Source of the DNA: Methanobacteriota archaeon | Lineage (GTDB): Archaea > Thermoplasmatota > Poseidoniia > Poseidoniales > Thalassarchaeaceae | Assembly: GCA_011523055.1 (NCBI GenBank) | Contig: WTHQ01000016.1 | Coordinates: 26 to 64,025 of the forward strand | DNA: 64,000 nucleotides | Reading direction: 5' to 3' | Shown: positions 9,954 through 18,184 of the stretch, piece by piece | Position numbering within the stretch: the stretch's first letter is position 1 | How the letters are laid out: each line of letters opens with the position of its first letter | The notes under the pieces: model-generated | The model's database searches: none | Seen by the model: the letters and a program-made list of their open reading frames with translations, nothing else | Told to the model about the DNA's origin: nothing | Program-made: the position numbers and the translations under genes

Positions 9954-11251
9954 CGCCTATTGCCGCGGCGTTTGCCGCCATCCCTCTGACTAGCCTCGAC
10001 GACGATCTTCCTGCCTTCCAAATCAGAGCCGTTGAGGGCTTTGATTGCAGCCTCCCCAGCGGATTTCGGCGAGACGGTCACGAATGCGAATCCTCTCTTG
10101 TTGCCGGTATCCCTGTCAACCGGCATATGGAGGTCGACTACCTCCCCGTGTTCGGAAAATGTCGCTCTGAGCAGGTCCTCATTGACTTCTCTGGAGAGCC
10201 TTCCGACGAATAGCCTGAGTGGAGCGTTTGCCTCAGCCTCCTTCCTCATTGAGATCAGCATTTTTCTCTCTGCGGCCAGTTTGTCTTCGTCCGCTTCCCC
10301 TTGCTTCACCAGGTCTAAGCAAGCACTGCACCTAATCGGCTTCCCGGGTGTCGGTTTGAATGGGACTTTGGTCTCGGTCCCGCACAGTGTGCACTTTGCC
10401 TCATGCATTTCTCGTCGTGGCCGGTCCCTGCTTTGGCTGGATCTTGTCCGCATCGCCTCCTTGGGCATTTCATGAGACCACCCCCTTCTGTGATCGGCCA
10501 CTGGTGAGAGGTAGGGCCTCGCCCCATCATGCCCGAGCAGGTTCTCAGCCTCCTTTGACCATCTTGTTCCTTCTCTGTTGAGCTTGGTTGTCTCTAGTCC
10601 GTTGAGATTGGTAAAATCCGAGGATAGGACCCTGTATCCCGTGTAATCGCACCTCCTGCAAATGACGTTGAAATCAGGCGTGGTTTCGTCAGCATGTAAC
10701 GGACTACCACATGCCGTACACATTGCATGGAGCACTCCGAGTGTCGAGTCCGCCTTTGTTGTAGCGCGGACCATGGGTTCTGTAGCTGTGACTCGTGCTC
10801 TGATTATGTCCCTCCTCCTCATTGCATCTCCCGCTGAGGGCATGAACCTATCACACAGCTCTGTAACCGTGATGTCAGCAAACAACTGTTGGGCTGGGAG
10901 GGACTTCTCATGCATACCCTCCCTCTCAACGCTGATTACCCTGATAATCGCCACCTTCGGTTGAAGGTTGTGAACTTCCCCGATTATGTCGTCTCCGATC
11001 TGGAGTGTATTCACACCGGGCTGGAGATTGGATACCGTCCAACGCCCATCTTTTTCAACGAGGAATCCGGAGGTCAAGGCCACAACTCCATCCCTGGATA
11101 TCGAAAGGCCATTTCCGAGCTCAGATGCAGGGTCTATGTCCGTAAGAGTCCCGGGAGTCACTGACACATCACTCGCAACCATGGTTAATGCCACCCTAGA
11201 CTGGGCTATGAACGGTGCGGCGCCATCGCTTGCGGGGGGATGAGTCTCCAC
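9950..11251 (-). CDS. csl4: Exosome cap subunit Csl4 fused to a CxxC-x17-CxxC zinc ribbon and a C-terminal RRM (RNP-type) RNA-binding domain
   Basis: The Csl4-like part contains VTPGT..., S1-like IGDDIIGEVHNLQPKVAIIRV and RRDIIRARV, and the zinc ribbon CTACGSPL...VICRRCDY. It is followed by CTLC-17 residues-CSAC (nt 10319-10393). An RRM then follows with RNP-2 LFVGRL and RNP-1 KRGFAFVTV (nt about 9992-10216) and an RG-rich tail. An alternative start, M24, lies at 11182. Confidence 0.75.
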   Translation of the reverse strand: METHPPASDGAAPFIAQSRVALTMVASDVSVTPGTLTDIDPASELGNGLSISRDGVVALTSGFLVEKDGRWTVSNLQPGVNTLQIGDDIIGEVHNLQPKVAIIRVISVEREGMHEKSLPAQQLFADITVTELCDRFMPSAGDAMRRRDIIRARVTATEPMVRATTKADSTLGVLHAMCTACGSPLHADETTPDFNVICRRCDYTGYRVLSSDFTNLNGLETTKLNREGTRWSKEAENLLGHDGARPYLSPVADHRRGWSHEMPKEAMRTRSSQSRDRPRREMHEAKCTLCGTETKVPFKPTPGKPIRCSACLDLVKQGEADEDKLAAERKMLISMRKEAEANAPLRLFVGRLSREVNEDLLRATFSEHGEVVDLHMPVDRDTGNKRGFAFVTVSPKSAGEAAIKALNGSDLEGRKIVVEASQRDGGKRRGNRR

Positions 11252-11838
11252 AGAGTCGCCTCAGTGGTCATTCTCCTTCTGGTGTGATGGGGGTAAGTAG
11301 CGCTCAGCTCAAATGGCATGGTGAAGACTTTCTCAGCACGCCAACCTGCGTTATGAAACTCATTCTCCAAGTGCTTTGCCCCACTGGAATGGAGGACGTA
11401 AGAGGGAAGGGCCAGATCCTTTATTGTCTGGATAAAGTCTGAGTCTGCACCTAGTTTTTGTTTGCCCCACGGTGGGTTACAGAGTATTACTTCTCCTTCA
11501 AAGTCTGGCAGCGCCCTGATATCCTTGCATATCGGCACGATCATTCCATCGAGGCCCAACGATTTCGCATTCTCGGTCATCGTTTCGATGGCCTGATCAT
11601 CAATATCCACCATGATCGCACTGGACCCTCCGCACATCAGTGCGGCTAGGCCCAAAACCCCTGTTCCACAACCAAGGTCAATAACCCTAGACCCGGGCCC
11701 GAGGTCCCCAAATTCTACTGCTGAAAGGATCCATCTGGCAACGATATCGCCATGCGTAGTGTATTGCTCCAGGTCAATTTTCGGATTTCTGAAGCCAGCG
11801 AGTTTCGAGATCTTGATCGCAAGCTGCTTGAGCTTCAT
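11206..11838 (-). CDS. METTL5-like / COG2263-type SAM-dependent (N6-adenine-type) RNA methyltransferase
   Basis: The N-terminus MKLKQLAIKISKLAGFRNPKIDLEQYTT resembles METTL5-family N-termini. The SAM motif I is VIDLGCGTGVLG and motif IV is CNPPWG. The ORF-track start at 11895 adds 19 aa and is less likely. Confidence 0.65.
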   Translation of the reverse strand: MKLKQLAIKISKLAGFRNPKIDLEQYTTHGDIVARWILSAVEFGDLGPGSRVIDLGCGTGVLGLAALMCGGSSAIMVDIDDQAIETMTENAKSLGLDGMIVPICKDIRALPDFEGEVILCNPPWGKQKLGADSDFIQTIKDLALPSYVLHSSGAKHLENEFHNAGWRAEKVFTMPFELSATYPHHTRRRMTTEATLWRLIPPQAMAPHRS

Positions 11839-11901
11839 GATGTATGGCTGTGGCGCTCTCAATTCATACCTTTGCAAAGGAGGGTTATTCTCCACTTCTT
11901 T

Positions 11902-13140
11902 ATGTACCTAGGACTGCGAAGTAACAATGTGGAACCCATCAGCATAGTACTGCTTGGAGCAGGTTTGCTTACCGGCGGGGCCATGGGTTGGCTCCTCGCG
12001 AATCAAAAATTAGGAAGAGAGATAATTCGCTCTGAGGAGCGATTGAGAGCTCAGGCTGATTCGGAGTCGAAACTCAAGGCAGAGATTGAATCATTGGCGA
12101 TGGATATAGGAAGGAAAAACTCGGATGACTTTCTCAAACTCGCCGCTGAAAGGCTTGGGAACGTACAGACATCTGCGGAGAAGGACATAGAAGCCAGGAC
12201 AAAGGCTGTTGAAGAGCTGATCACGCCGATAAGAAAACAGCTCCAAGACCTCGAGAAGGCGACCACCGAGATGGAGAGGAATCGTGAGGGAGCATATCAG
12301 GGCCTCAAAAGGACAGTCGAGGGTCTGCACAAAGAGACGGTTGGTTTGAGGGACACAAACGTACAACTGTCCACAGCTCTGAGGGGCTCGATAAAGGCAC
12401 GTGGTAAATGGGGCCAAATGGCGCTGAAGAACATAGCAGAGTCAGCAGGCATGATTGAGCACTGCGACTTTGATGTCGAAGATACCCTAGTTGCGGGCAG
12501 GGGCGGACTGAGGGTCGACATGGTTGCAAGGATACCTGGAGGCGGGAAGATCCCTGTTGACGCGAAAGTTCCACTAGCCTCATACTGGGATGCATTGGAA
12601 TCAGAGGATTTCGACCTGCGTTCCAGGTTAATGGAAGAGCACGCCAGGGCTGTGAAGAAGCACATCGACGACTTGAGCAACAGGAATTATTCCGATCTTG
12701 TCGAGGGGGCGGACTTCACAGTGATGTTCATTCCTGCTGAGCCAATTCTATCAGCGGCATTTGAGATCAATCCTAGCCTGCAGGAATATGCATTCAATAA
12801 TCACATTCTCATCGCCACGCCTGTCACTTTAATTGCCCTACTTCGGACCGTGGGGATCTACTGGCAGCAGCAATCGTCCGTAGATAACTCTAGGGAGATT
12901 CTGGAGAATGCGAAGGAGTTCTATGATCGGGCGGCTAAATTTGGAGGTGACCTAATGAGAGTCGGCAATGGCCTGACTACTGCATTGAACGCGTACAATG
13001 AAGCAGTTGGATCATATGGCAATGTCATACCATCGGGCAGGAGATTGGAGGGGTTGAGGGTCGCCGATGGCTCTGCACGAAAGCTGCCTGAGATCCGTGG
13101 AATTGAGAAGTCAGTGCGCAATGATATCAAAAAACGGTAG
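11902..13140 (+). CDS. rmuC: RmuC-family DNA recombination/nuclease protein (N-terminal TM, coiled coil, C-terminal PD-(D/E)xK-like domain)
   Basis: A hydrophobic N-terminus (SIVLLGAGLLTGGAMGWLL) is followed by a long charged coiled-coil. The RmuC core is RVDMVARIPGGGKIPVDAKVPLASY...FTVMFIPAEP...ILIATPVTLIALLR. The start is ATG 11902 or in-frame GTG 11929; the ORF-track start at 11752 overlaps the divergent methylase gene. Confidence 0.8.
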   Translation: MYLGLRSNNVEPISIVLLGAGLLTGGAMGWLLANQKLGREIIRSEERLRAQADSESKLKAEIESLAMDIGRKNSDDFLKLAAERLGNVQTSAEKDIEARTKAVEELITPIRKQLQDLEKATTEMERNREGAYQGLKRTVEGLHKETVGLRDTNVQLSTALRGSIKARGKWGQMALKNIAESAGMIEHCDFDVEDTLVAGRGGLRVDMVARIPGGGKIPVDAKVPLASYWDALESEDFDLRSRLMEEHARAVKKHIDDLSNRNYSDLVEGADFTVMFIPAEPILSAAFEINPSLQEYAFNNHILIATPVTLIALLRTVGIYWQQQSSVDNSREILENAKEFYDRAAKFGGDLMRVGNGLTTALNAYNEAVGSYGNVIPSGRRLEGLRVADGSARKLPEIRGIEKSVRNDIKKR

Positions 13141-13147
13141 GATCCAC

Positions 13148-13735
13148 ATGGCGTCGTATGAATGGAAAGACGGGCGGTTCCACAACGTGATAGATCTACC
13201 AGAGAATTACGATGTACGAGATTTCTCGACAGGCGACTATCTCCCATCAAAATCGGAATTCGATGTCGGGAAATACGATGAAATCAGACCTGGCATGTAC
13301 AAAACCGACCTATTTGGGGGAACAAGGACGTTGCATGTCGGCATCGACATCGGCGGACCTGTCGGAACTCCTTGCATGTCCTTCGAGGAGGGTGAAATCG
13401 CATACTTCGGATACAACCCCTCAGATGGGGACTACGGACATGTCGTGGTCACAAGGCATGAGTTTGAGGGGAAGCCGATATGGGCACTTTATGGTCATCT
13501 GAATTCTGACTCGATCTTAGAAAAGCGAAGTGGTCAGAACGTAAAGCGAGGGGAGGTTGTCGGATGGATCGGAGACAAGCACGAGAATGGTGGGTGGGAG
13601 CCTCATTTGCATTTCCAGTTGTCCTGGTTCGATCCCATGACCCATGACATGCCGGGCGTAGTAGATCCACGAGACAGGGCTGAGGCCTTGGCCAAGTTCC
13701 CAGATCCAAGAATAGTTCTTGGGCCGATCTACTAG
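13148..13735 (+). CDS. Peptidase M23 (LytM-type) family protein without an evident signal peptide
   Basis: The ATG lies 8 nt after the rmuC stop. M23 motifs are HVGIDIGGPVGTP, GDYGHVVV, LYGHL and WEPHLHFQL. The N-terminus MASYEWKDGRFHNV is not hydrophobic. Confidence 0.75.
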   Translation: MASYEWKDGRFHNVIDLPENYDVRDFSTGDYLPSKSEFDVGKYDEIRPGMYKTDLFGGTRTLHVGIDIGGPVGTPCMSFEEGEIAYFGYNPSDGDYGHVVVTRHEFEGKPIWALYGHLNSDSILEKRSGQNVKRGEVVGWIGDKHENGGWEPHLHFQLSWFDPMTHDMPGVVDPRDRAEALAKFPDPRIVLGPIY

Positions 13736-14763
13736 ATCTCGCTAAGGTGTTCCTTGAGAGCTGGTATGGCTGCCATCTCTGAGGGATCGATGCCCCTGGA
13801 AACAGCGAGCATGATGGTGACCCAGTCAGTGATGTGGGACAAATAGAGCATCTGCTCCACCAGAGATTTTCCCTTCGCATTGAGTACAATGCAATTCGAG
13901 GCGTTTGCCTCCTTCTCGAACCAGTCTATCCGATCACTGGTTCTTGCCTCTTCATAATCGGACCTGAACAGCACCAAAGATTGGGTGCCGCCTGCTTCTT
14001 CGGTCCATGGTATGATCTCGTTGTGGTTCATCTCGGGCACCTCCGAGCACCTAGCGAAGGCATTGGAGTTCTCATTCAACTGACAAGAGAACCTATTGGC
14101 GACGCACCCCATCACCGAAGGGGCCACGATGCCGATTTCCGACCCCGAGAGGAGGTTTGCAATGTCCATCGCCTTGGAGCCATTCGCTGGGTCCCATTCC
14201 GCAGATGCGTCCCTCAATCTTGAAATCATCTCACTCAGCTCTTTATCGGCCGGTGCTGGCAGTAGCCCCATGCACCAAAGCACTGAGAGCTGGGTCCCGA
14301 AAAGGTGTCCGAACGCTGACCTGGGCATTTGCCCGCTCGGGACGGTTATGTGGATGGAATGCTCCGAGTCATCAAGCAATTCCTCGAGTCTACCTCCCGA
14401 TGATATCCCGATTACGCTGCCACCTTCCCTCAGAGCCTGCTCCACACCTGTTATCGTCTCCTCGGTGTTACCGGAGTAGGAGGTCGCGATAACAAGCCAT
14501 TCCGGCCCCCACCAGGACGGTAGGCCATAGTTCCTCCAGAAGTGGACGGGCAATCCCGCGGACCTGTCTGAAATAGCGGCTAGGTATGTTCCACCGGCCC
14601 CTGAGCCGCCCATCCCGATACAAATTACTCCGTGCCAGTCGTTTTCCTCGATTATTCCAATGTCTCTTTGGAATGCAGACTCTACGTCGTCCACGAATTT
14701 CCTCGTCCAACCGGCCATGTCACTTCGATCGTATTTTTTTAGCAACTCTTTGTTTTCATTCAT
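13732..14763 (-). CDS. Bifunctional phosphoglucose/phosphomannose isomerase (archaeal SIS-domain PGI/PMI)
   Basis: The SIS motif is ICIGMGGSGAGG and the C-terminal motif is NENSNAFARCSEVPEMNHNEI. The length is 343 aa. The start overlaps the NMD3 stop by 8 nt. Confidence 0.72.
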   Translation of the reverse strand: MNENKELLKKYDRSDMAGWTRKFVDDVESAFQRDIGIIEENDWHGVICIGMGGSGAGGTYLAAISDRSAGLPVHFWRNYGLPSWWGPEWLVIATSYSGNTEETITGVEQALREGGSVIGISSGGRLEELLDDSEHSIHITVPSGQMPRSAFGHLFGTQLSVLWCMGLLPAPADKELSEMISRLRDASAEWDPANGSKAMDIANLLSGSEIGIVAPSVMGCVANRFSCQLNENSNAFARCSEVPEMNHNEIIPWTEEAGGTQSLVLFRSDYEEARTSDRIDWFEKEANASNCIVLNAKGKSLVEQMLYLSHITDWVTIMLAVSRGIDPSEMAAIPALKEHLSEI

Positions 14764-15814
14764 TTTTTTCCACCCTGCTGGAAGTGTAAGGTATTGCAGT
14801 CCATGTATGGTCTATCTGTCCTATGGTCAACCTATCCTCGCCATCGTAGTCAAAAGGCAGGGCCACAGTGGTTAACTTCCACTCGTCGGGGATCATCACG
14901 TCTGCCGCAGACCCGTCCTTGTCCAATATTTGAACCGCAATCTGGTCACTTACTGAGCAGATTACCGAGGATTTTTGCATGTCCCTCCATGTTCTCCCTG
15001 TGCGTTTGTTGCCTTTCATCGACCCTAAAATGGGGCCGTCTTTTTGCCATCCGACGACCACCCAATTTTCCTCACGGTGCCTCATCACATCCCCTATTGA
15101 AAATGCGGGCTTCCTGTAGGACAATGTTAGCCTTGTGACCTCGGCACCATCCTTCACGCCTATGACTGTGGAGGTTTCCTTCGATGTGCCTCCAAAGCGG
15201 TTGATGAGTTTCCTGGACCACATCCTCGCCATGGACTTGGAACCCAGTTGAAGGTCCCATCCCCCCTGAACCGGTCCTTCATTGGTGACGAAGAACATTG
15301 GATCATCGGCGGAGTCTAAGATCATCTCGTCCAATGTCGCCCTGATTGATGCGAGTTCTCGACTGTCGAGCCTCCTACCTGTTGATCGAATCTGAAATTC
15401 CGCCTCGAAGTAAGACCCGTCCTTCCTTGAGCAGGTCTGGCAGACAACATCGCTTGTCTGTAGAAGTGTTTCATGAGTGTCCTCGAAGGGCAGTCGCTGG
15501 TAGTTCGCACTCACATGAATATGGATCCTTGTGGTCCTATCGTCAATGGGCTCTACGGAGAGGCTCACGTCGACATCCTCAGCATCCTGCAGAATTACCA
15601 GATTTTCCCGTACCCTCTGCTCGGCTATTTCTAATTGGCCCACATCGCTCCACCCCTTCCCTACTTGGTGGAGTTTGCACTTTGAGCATCGGGATTGCTG
15701 CAGCCTATCGGGGATCAATGACAGCTCGGTCCTACTTCTCAGGCAGTGTTCACACATTCGGCCCTCGTAAACGGGAGGCGGGGCGCCGCAAACAATGCAG
15801 AATTCCTGTGTCAT
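14756..15814 (-). CDS. nmd3: NMD3-family protein (60S/50S subunit export/biogenesis factor homolog)
   Basis: N-terminal zinc-binding cysteine pairs are CIVCG...CEHC...CSKCK and, later, CQTC. The size and layout are typical of archaeal NMD3. Confidence 0.72.
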   Translation of the reverse strand: MTQEFCIVCGAPPPVYEGRMCEHCLRSRTELSLIPDRLQQSRCSKCKLHQVGKGWSDVGQLEIAEQRVRENLVILQDAEDVDVSLSVEPIDDRTTRIHIHVSANYQRLPFEDTHETLLQTSDVVCQTCSRKDGSYFEAEFQIRSTGRRLDSRELASIRATLDEMILDSADDPMFFVTNEGPVQGGWDLQLGSKSMARMWSRKLINRFGGTSKETSTVIGVKDGAEVTRLTLSYRKPAFSIGDVMRHREENWVVVGWQKDGPILGSMKGNKRTGRTWRDMQKSSVICSVSDQIAVQILDKDGSAADVMIPDEWKLTTVALPFDYDGEDRLTIGQIDHTWTAIPYTSSRVEKNE

Positions 15815-15826
15815 CGCTACCCGCCG

Positions 15827-15973
15827 TCACTCAGGGGGAGGGGGTTGGACTTCAATGGTATTGGCCGTAGCCTCGTTGAGTAAACGCCGTCTGGAAAGTA
15901 GCCATCTTCCATAGAGCACGAGAGATCCGATCATAATGGAATATGCAATTGCTAAGTGGTACACTCCTGACAT
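15827..15973 (-). CDS. ccmD: CcmD-like small membrane protein (48 aa), absent from the supplied ORF track
   Basis: Hand translation gives MSGVYHLAIAYSIMIGSLVLYGRWLLSRRRLLNEATANTIEVQPPPPE. The ATG overlaps the ccmC stop (TGATG at 15971-15975). It has a single TM followed by an Arg-rich stretch, in the position ccmD occupies after ccmC. Confidence 0.45.
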   Translation of the reverse strand: MSGVYHLAIAYSIMIGSLVLYGRWLLSRRRLLNEATANTIEVQPPPPE

Positions 15974-16689
15974 CATGCCACCTCGTCACTGGCATCCAGT
16001 ACTCTGAGTTGCTGTTCTAATCCGGCCTCCTCTGAGTAAAGTCGGTTAGAGATCAGGAGGAAACCTATGAACAAGAGTGTCAATGAGATGAAGCCGGTGA
16101 GTAAAATAATTCGAATTGCTGGATCCAGGCCGGTGCTTTCGGATTCCACGATCACGATTCCCGGGTGCCTCTTCTGATAGAGTGTGGTAGCCACGGCTGT
16201 GATGGGAACCAACATGAACCCAAATAGGCCTACTGATGCGATCGTGTCTCTCGTTGTATCGTCGTCGAATTGAGATCTCCTCGCCATGACAATGAACAGG
16301 GCGACGGCGGTCAATAGGGCGAACGTGTTCAGTCTTAGGTCAGCCCAGTCCCAAGGCACCCCCCATTCCGCGATTCCCCAGATCGGACCAGATGTTATGA
16401 CTCCAAAGCCGAACAGTAGTCCAAGGTCAGACCCAGTTTGCACCAAGCTCCATGCAGACTCAGATCGTCTGAGGTACCACCCAAGGGATCCTACAAACAG
16501 GACTGTGAATGCTAGGAAAGATGTCCATGCGAATGGAACATGCAGGAATATGATTCGATAGGCCTCCGGGGCCCTCCACTGATCAGGATTGACGTCTGGT
16601 GCCCAGAAAATGCCTAGAACAGATGTTATGATTATGCCAATGAACCCTATTGACATACTCATGATTGCGAACGAGGACAGGTGCCTCAT
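15973..16689 (-). CDS. ccmC: Heme exporter protein CcmC
   Basis: The tryptophan-rich signature WGVPWDWADLRLNTF (WGxxWxWDxRL) is present, with about six hydrophobic segments and a length of 238 aa. Confidence 0.85.
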   Translation of the reverse strand: MRHLSSFAIMSMSIGFIGIIITSVLGIFWAPDVNPDQWRAPEAYRIIFLHVPFAWTSFLAFTVLFVGSLGWYLRRSESAWSLVQTGSDLGLLFGFGVITSGPIWGIAEWGVPWDWADLRLNTFALLTAVALFIVMARRSQFDDDTTRDTIASVGLFGFMLVPITAVATTLYQKRHPGIVIVESESTGLDPAIRIILLTGFISLTLLFIGFLLISNRLYSEEAGLEQQLRVLDASDEVA

Positions 16690-16727
16690 GACCGTGCCAA
16701 GGCATCATCATCCATGAAGCAATGCAT

Positions 16728-18125
16728 TTAGTCGGAAGGGATGAGAACCGCCGAGGCCCAAATACCGGCTGAGATTGCACTTGAAGCGATAATTAGCCCC
16801 AAAGGAGTCTCTAGCCCCAATTCCATAGTCATCCCATCCTGCAAAATCAAGGTGGTTGCATCAACCAGGATCAAGAATGGCCAGACAAGAATTACCATCA
16901 TCAAAGATGCCACGGCCGCCCCCCGTCTCTTCAATCCAGAAACCAGGAGTTGGATTCCAGTGGATGCTACGCTAATATCGATGATTGCCAAGGCGGGCAG
17001 CCATATCCAAAACTTCGCTTCTGGATGAAGGTCTATGGAATCCGTCGAGATGATCGTGTATGCGAGGTAAGTCAGCGGTAGTGGCAGTAGCCAGGAGGAC
17101 CCGACGATGGATGCCGCAGGTCGAATGGATCTCCCCATGTGGGCCCTCCACCAATCTCCTGATCGTCCTTCTGATAGCCTATCGATAATCGCAGGTTGAA
17201 CCATGGTAGTTATGAAAGCCGGTAGCAGCAAATAGAATGATGTTGAGAATAATCCATCAGACGAGACAATGCCTGAGCCGATTGACCCAATGAGCAGGAT
17301 GGCTATCATGGACGGTATCAGCCTCTTGATTGTGTCAATCGGATTCTTGCGTTCCAAAGAGGCTGCCCAACGGCAGAATTCCATGACCTTATCACCGCTG
17401 TTAATGGGAGTATCCTTTGCTCCATGACTCCGAGCTGAATGCTCTCCTATCACAGAAATTGTCTGATTCTCGATTTCCACGGAGCGATCCGCCATGCATG
17501 AAAGATCCTGGTCGTGAGTGGCGATGATGACCGTATGGCCTTGTGATCTGAGTTCCTCTATCGAAGACCTCAGTAGTTCCTTTGACGCCTTATCCATCCC
17601 CTCGCTCGGTTCGTCTAGCATCACTATCATTTGGCTCTCAGACTTCAATGCCGGAACCAAAGCAGATAGTACCGAAACCCTTCTTCTGAGTCCGTTTGAG
17701 AGTGTCGCCAGTCTGTCATTTGACCTGTGGAGGAGGGACCACTCGGCCATCATCTTCAAGATATCTTGGTCGCTCAGATCAACTCCAGCGACGGTTGAGG
17801 CTAATTTCAGGCGCATAATCACGGACTCATCAAGGCATGCTCCATCCGACTGAAGGGCTATGGTGAGCCCGGGCAAGGGGGCCCTCCGACCCTCGGAGTC
17901 GGATACTATGACTTCACTTCCATTTGTGGAGAGAGCCTTCACCTCACCATGTCTGGGTGGATGTAAGCCAGCCAAGGTCTCTAGGAGAGTGGATTTACCG
18001 GACCCGTTGTGACCTACAAAGCACACAACTTCCCCGGGGAATATTTCCAGGTCAATCTCCCTGAGGACAGTCTTCGACCCCCTCAGGACGGTACATCCGA
18101 CCAAAGTTAGCAATGGTCTTGCCAC
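16728..18125 (-). CDS. ccmA: ABC transporter ATP-binding domain fused to a roughly 6-TM permease domain (CcmA-CcmB-like by context)
   Basis: Motifs are Walker A GHNGSGKST, the signature LSNGLRRR, Walker B VMLDEPSEGMD and the H-loop ATHD. The C-terminal approximately 220 aa are hydrophobic. It lies directly upstream of ccmC and has a GTG start. Confidence 0.7.
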   Translation of the reverse strand: MARPLLTLVGCTVLRGSKTVLREIDLEIFPGEVVCFVGHNGSGKSTLLETLAGLHPPRHGEVKALSTNGSEVIVSDSEGRRAPLPGLTIALQSDGACLDESVIMRLKLASTVAGVDLSDQDILKMMAEWSLLHRSNDRLATLSNGLRRRVSVLSALVPALKSESQMIVMLDEPSEGMDKASKELLRSSIEELRSQGHTVIIATHDQDLSCMADRSVEIENQTISVIGEHSARSHGAKDTPINSGDKVMEFCRWAASLERKNPIDTIKRLIPSMIAILLIGSIGSGIVSSDGLFSTSFYLLLPAFITTMVQPAIIDRLSEGRSGDWWRAHMGRSIRPAASIVGSSWLLPLPLTYLAYTIISTDSIDLHPEAKFWIWLPALAIIDISVASTGIQLLVSGLKRRGAAVASLMMVILVWPFLILVDATTLILQDGMTMELGLETPLGLIIASSAISAGIWASAVLIPSD

Positions 18126-18184
18126 GCCCTTTCCACCAAGCAGTATCCTTTCAGTTCACCGCATGGAGCCGGAGGGGCTATTCG

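Noticed and set aside
15346-15870. A 174-aa plus-strand ORF overlapping NMD3 and the CcmD-like ORF.
   Set aside because: It is antisense to NMD3, which has clear zinc-binding Cys pairs. It is Arg/Ser-rich with no motif.
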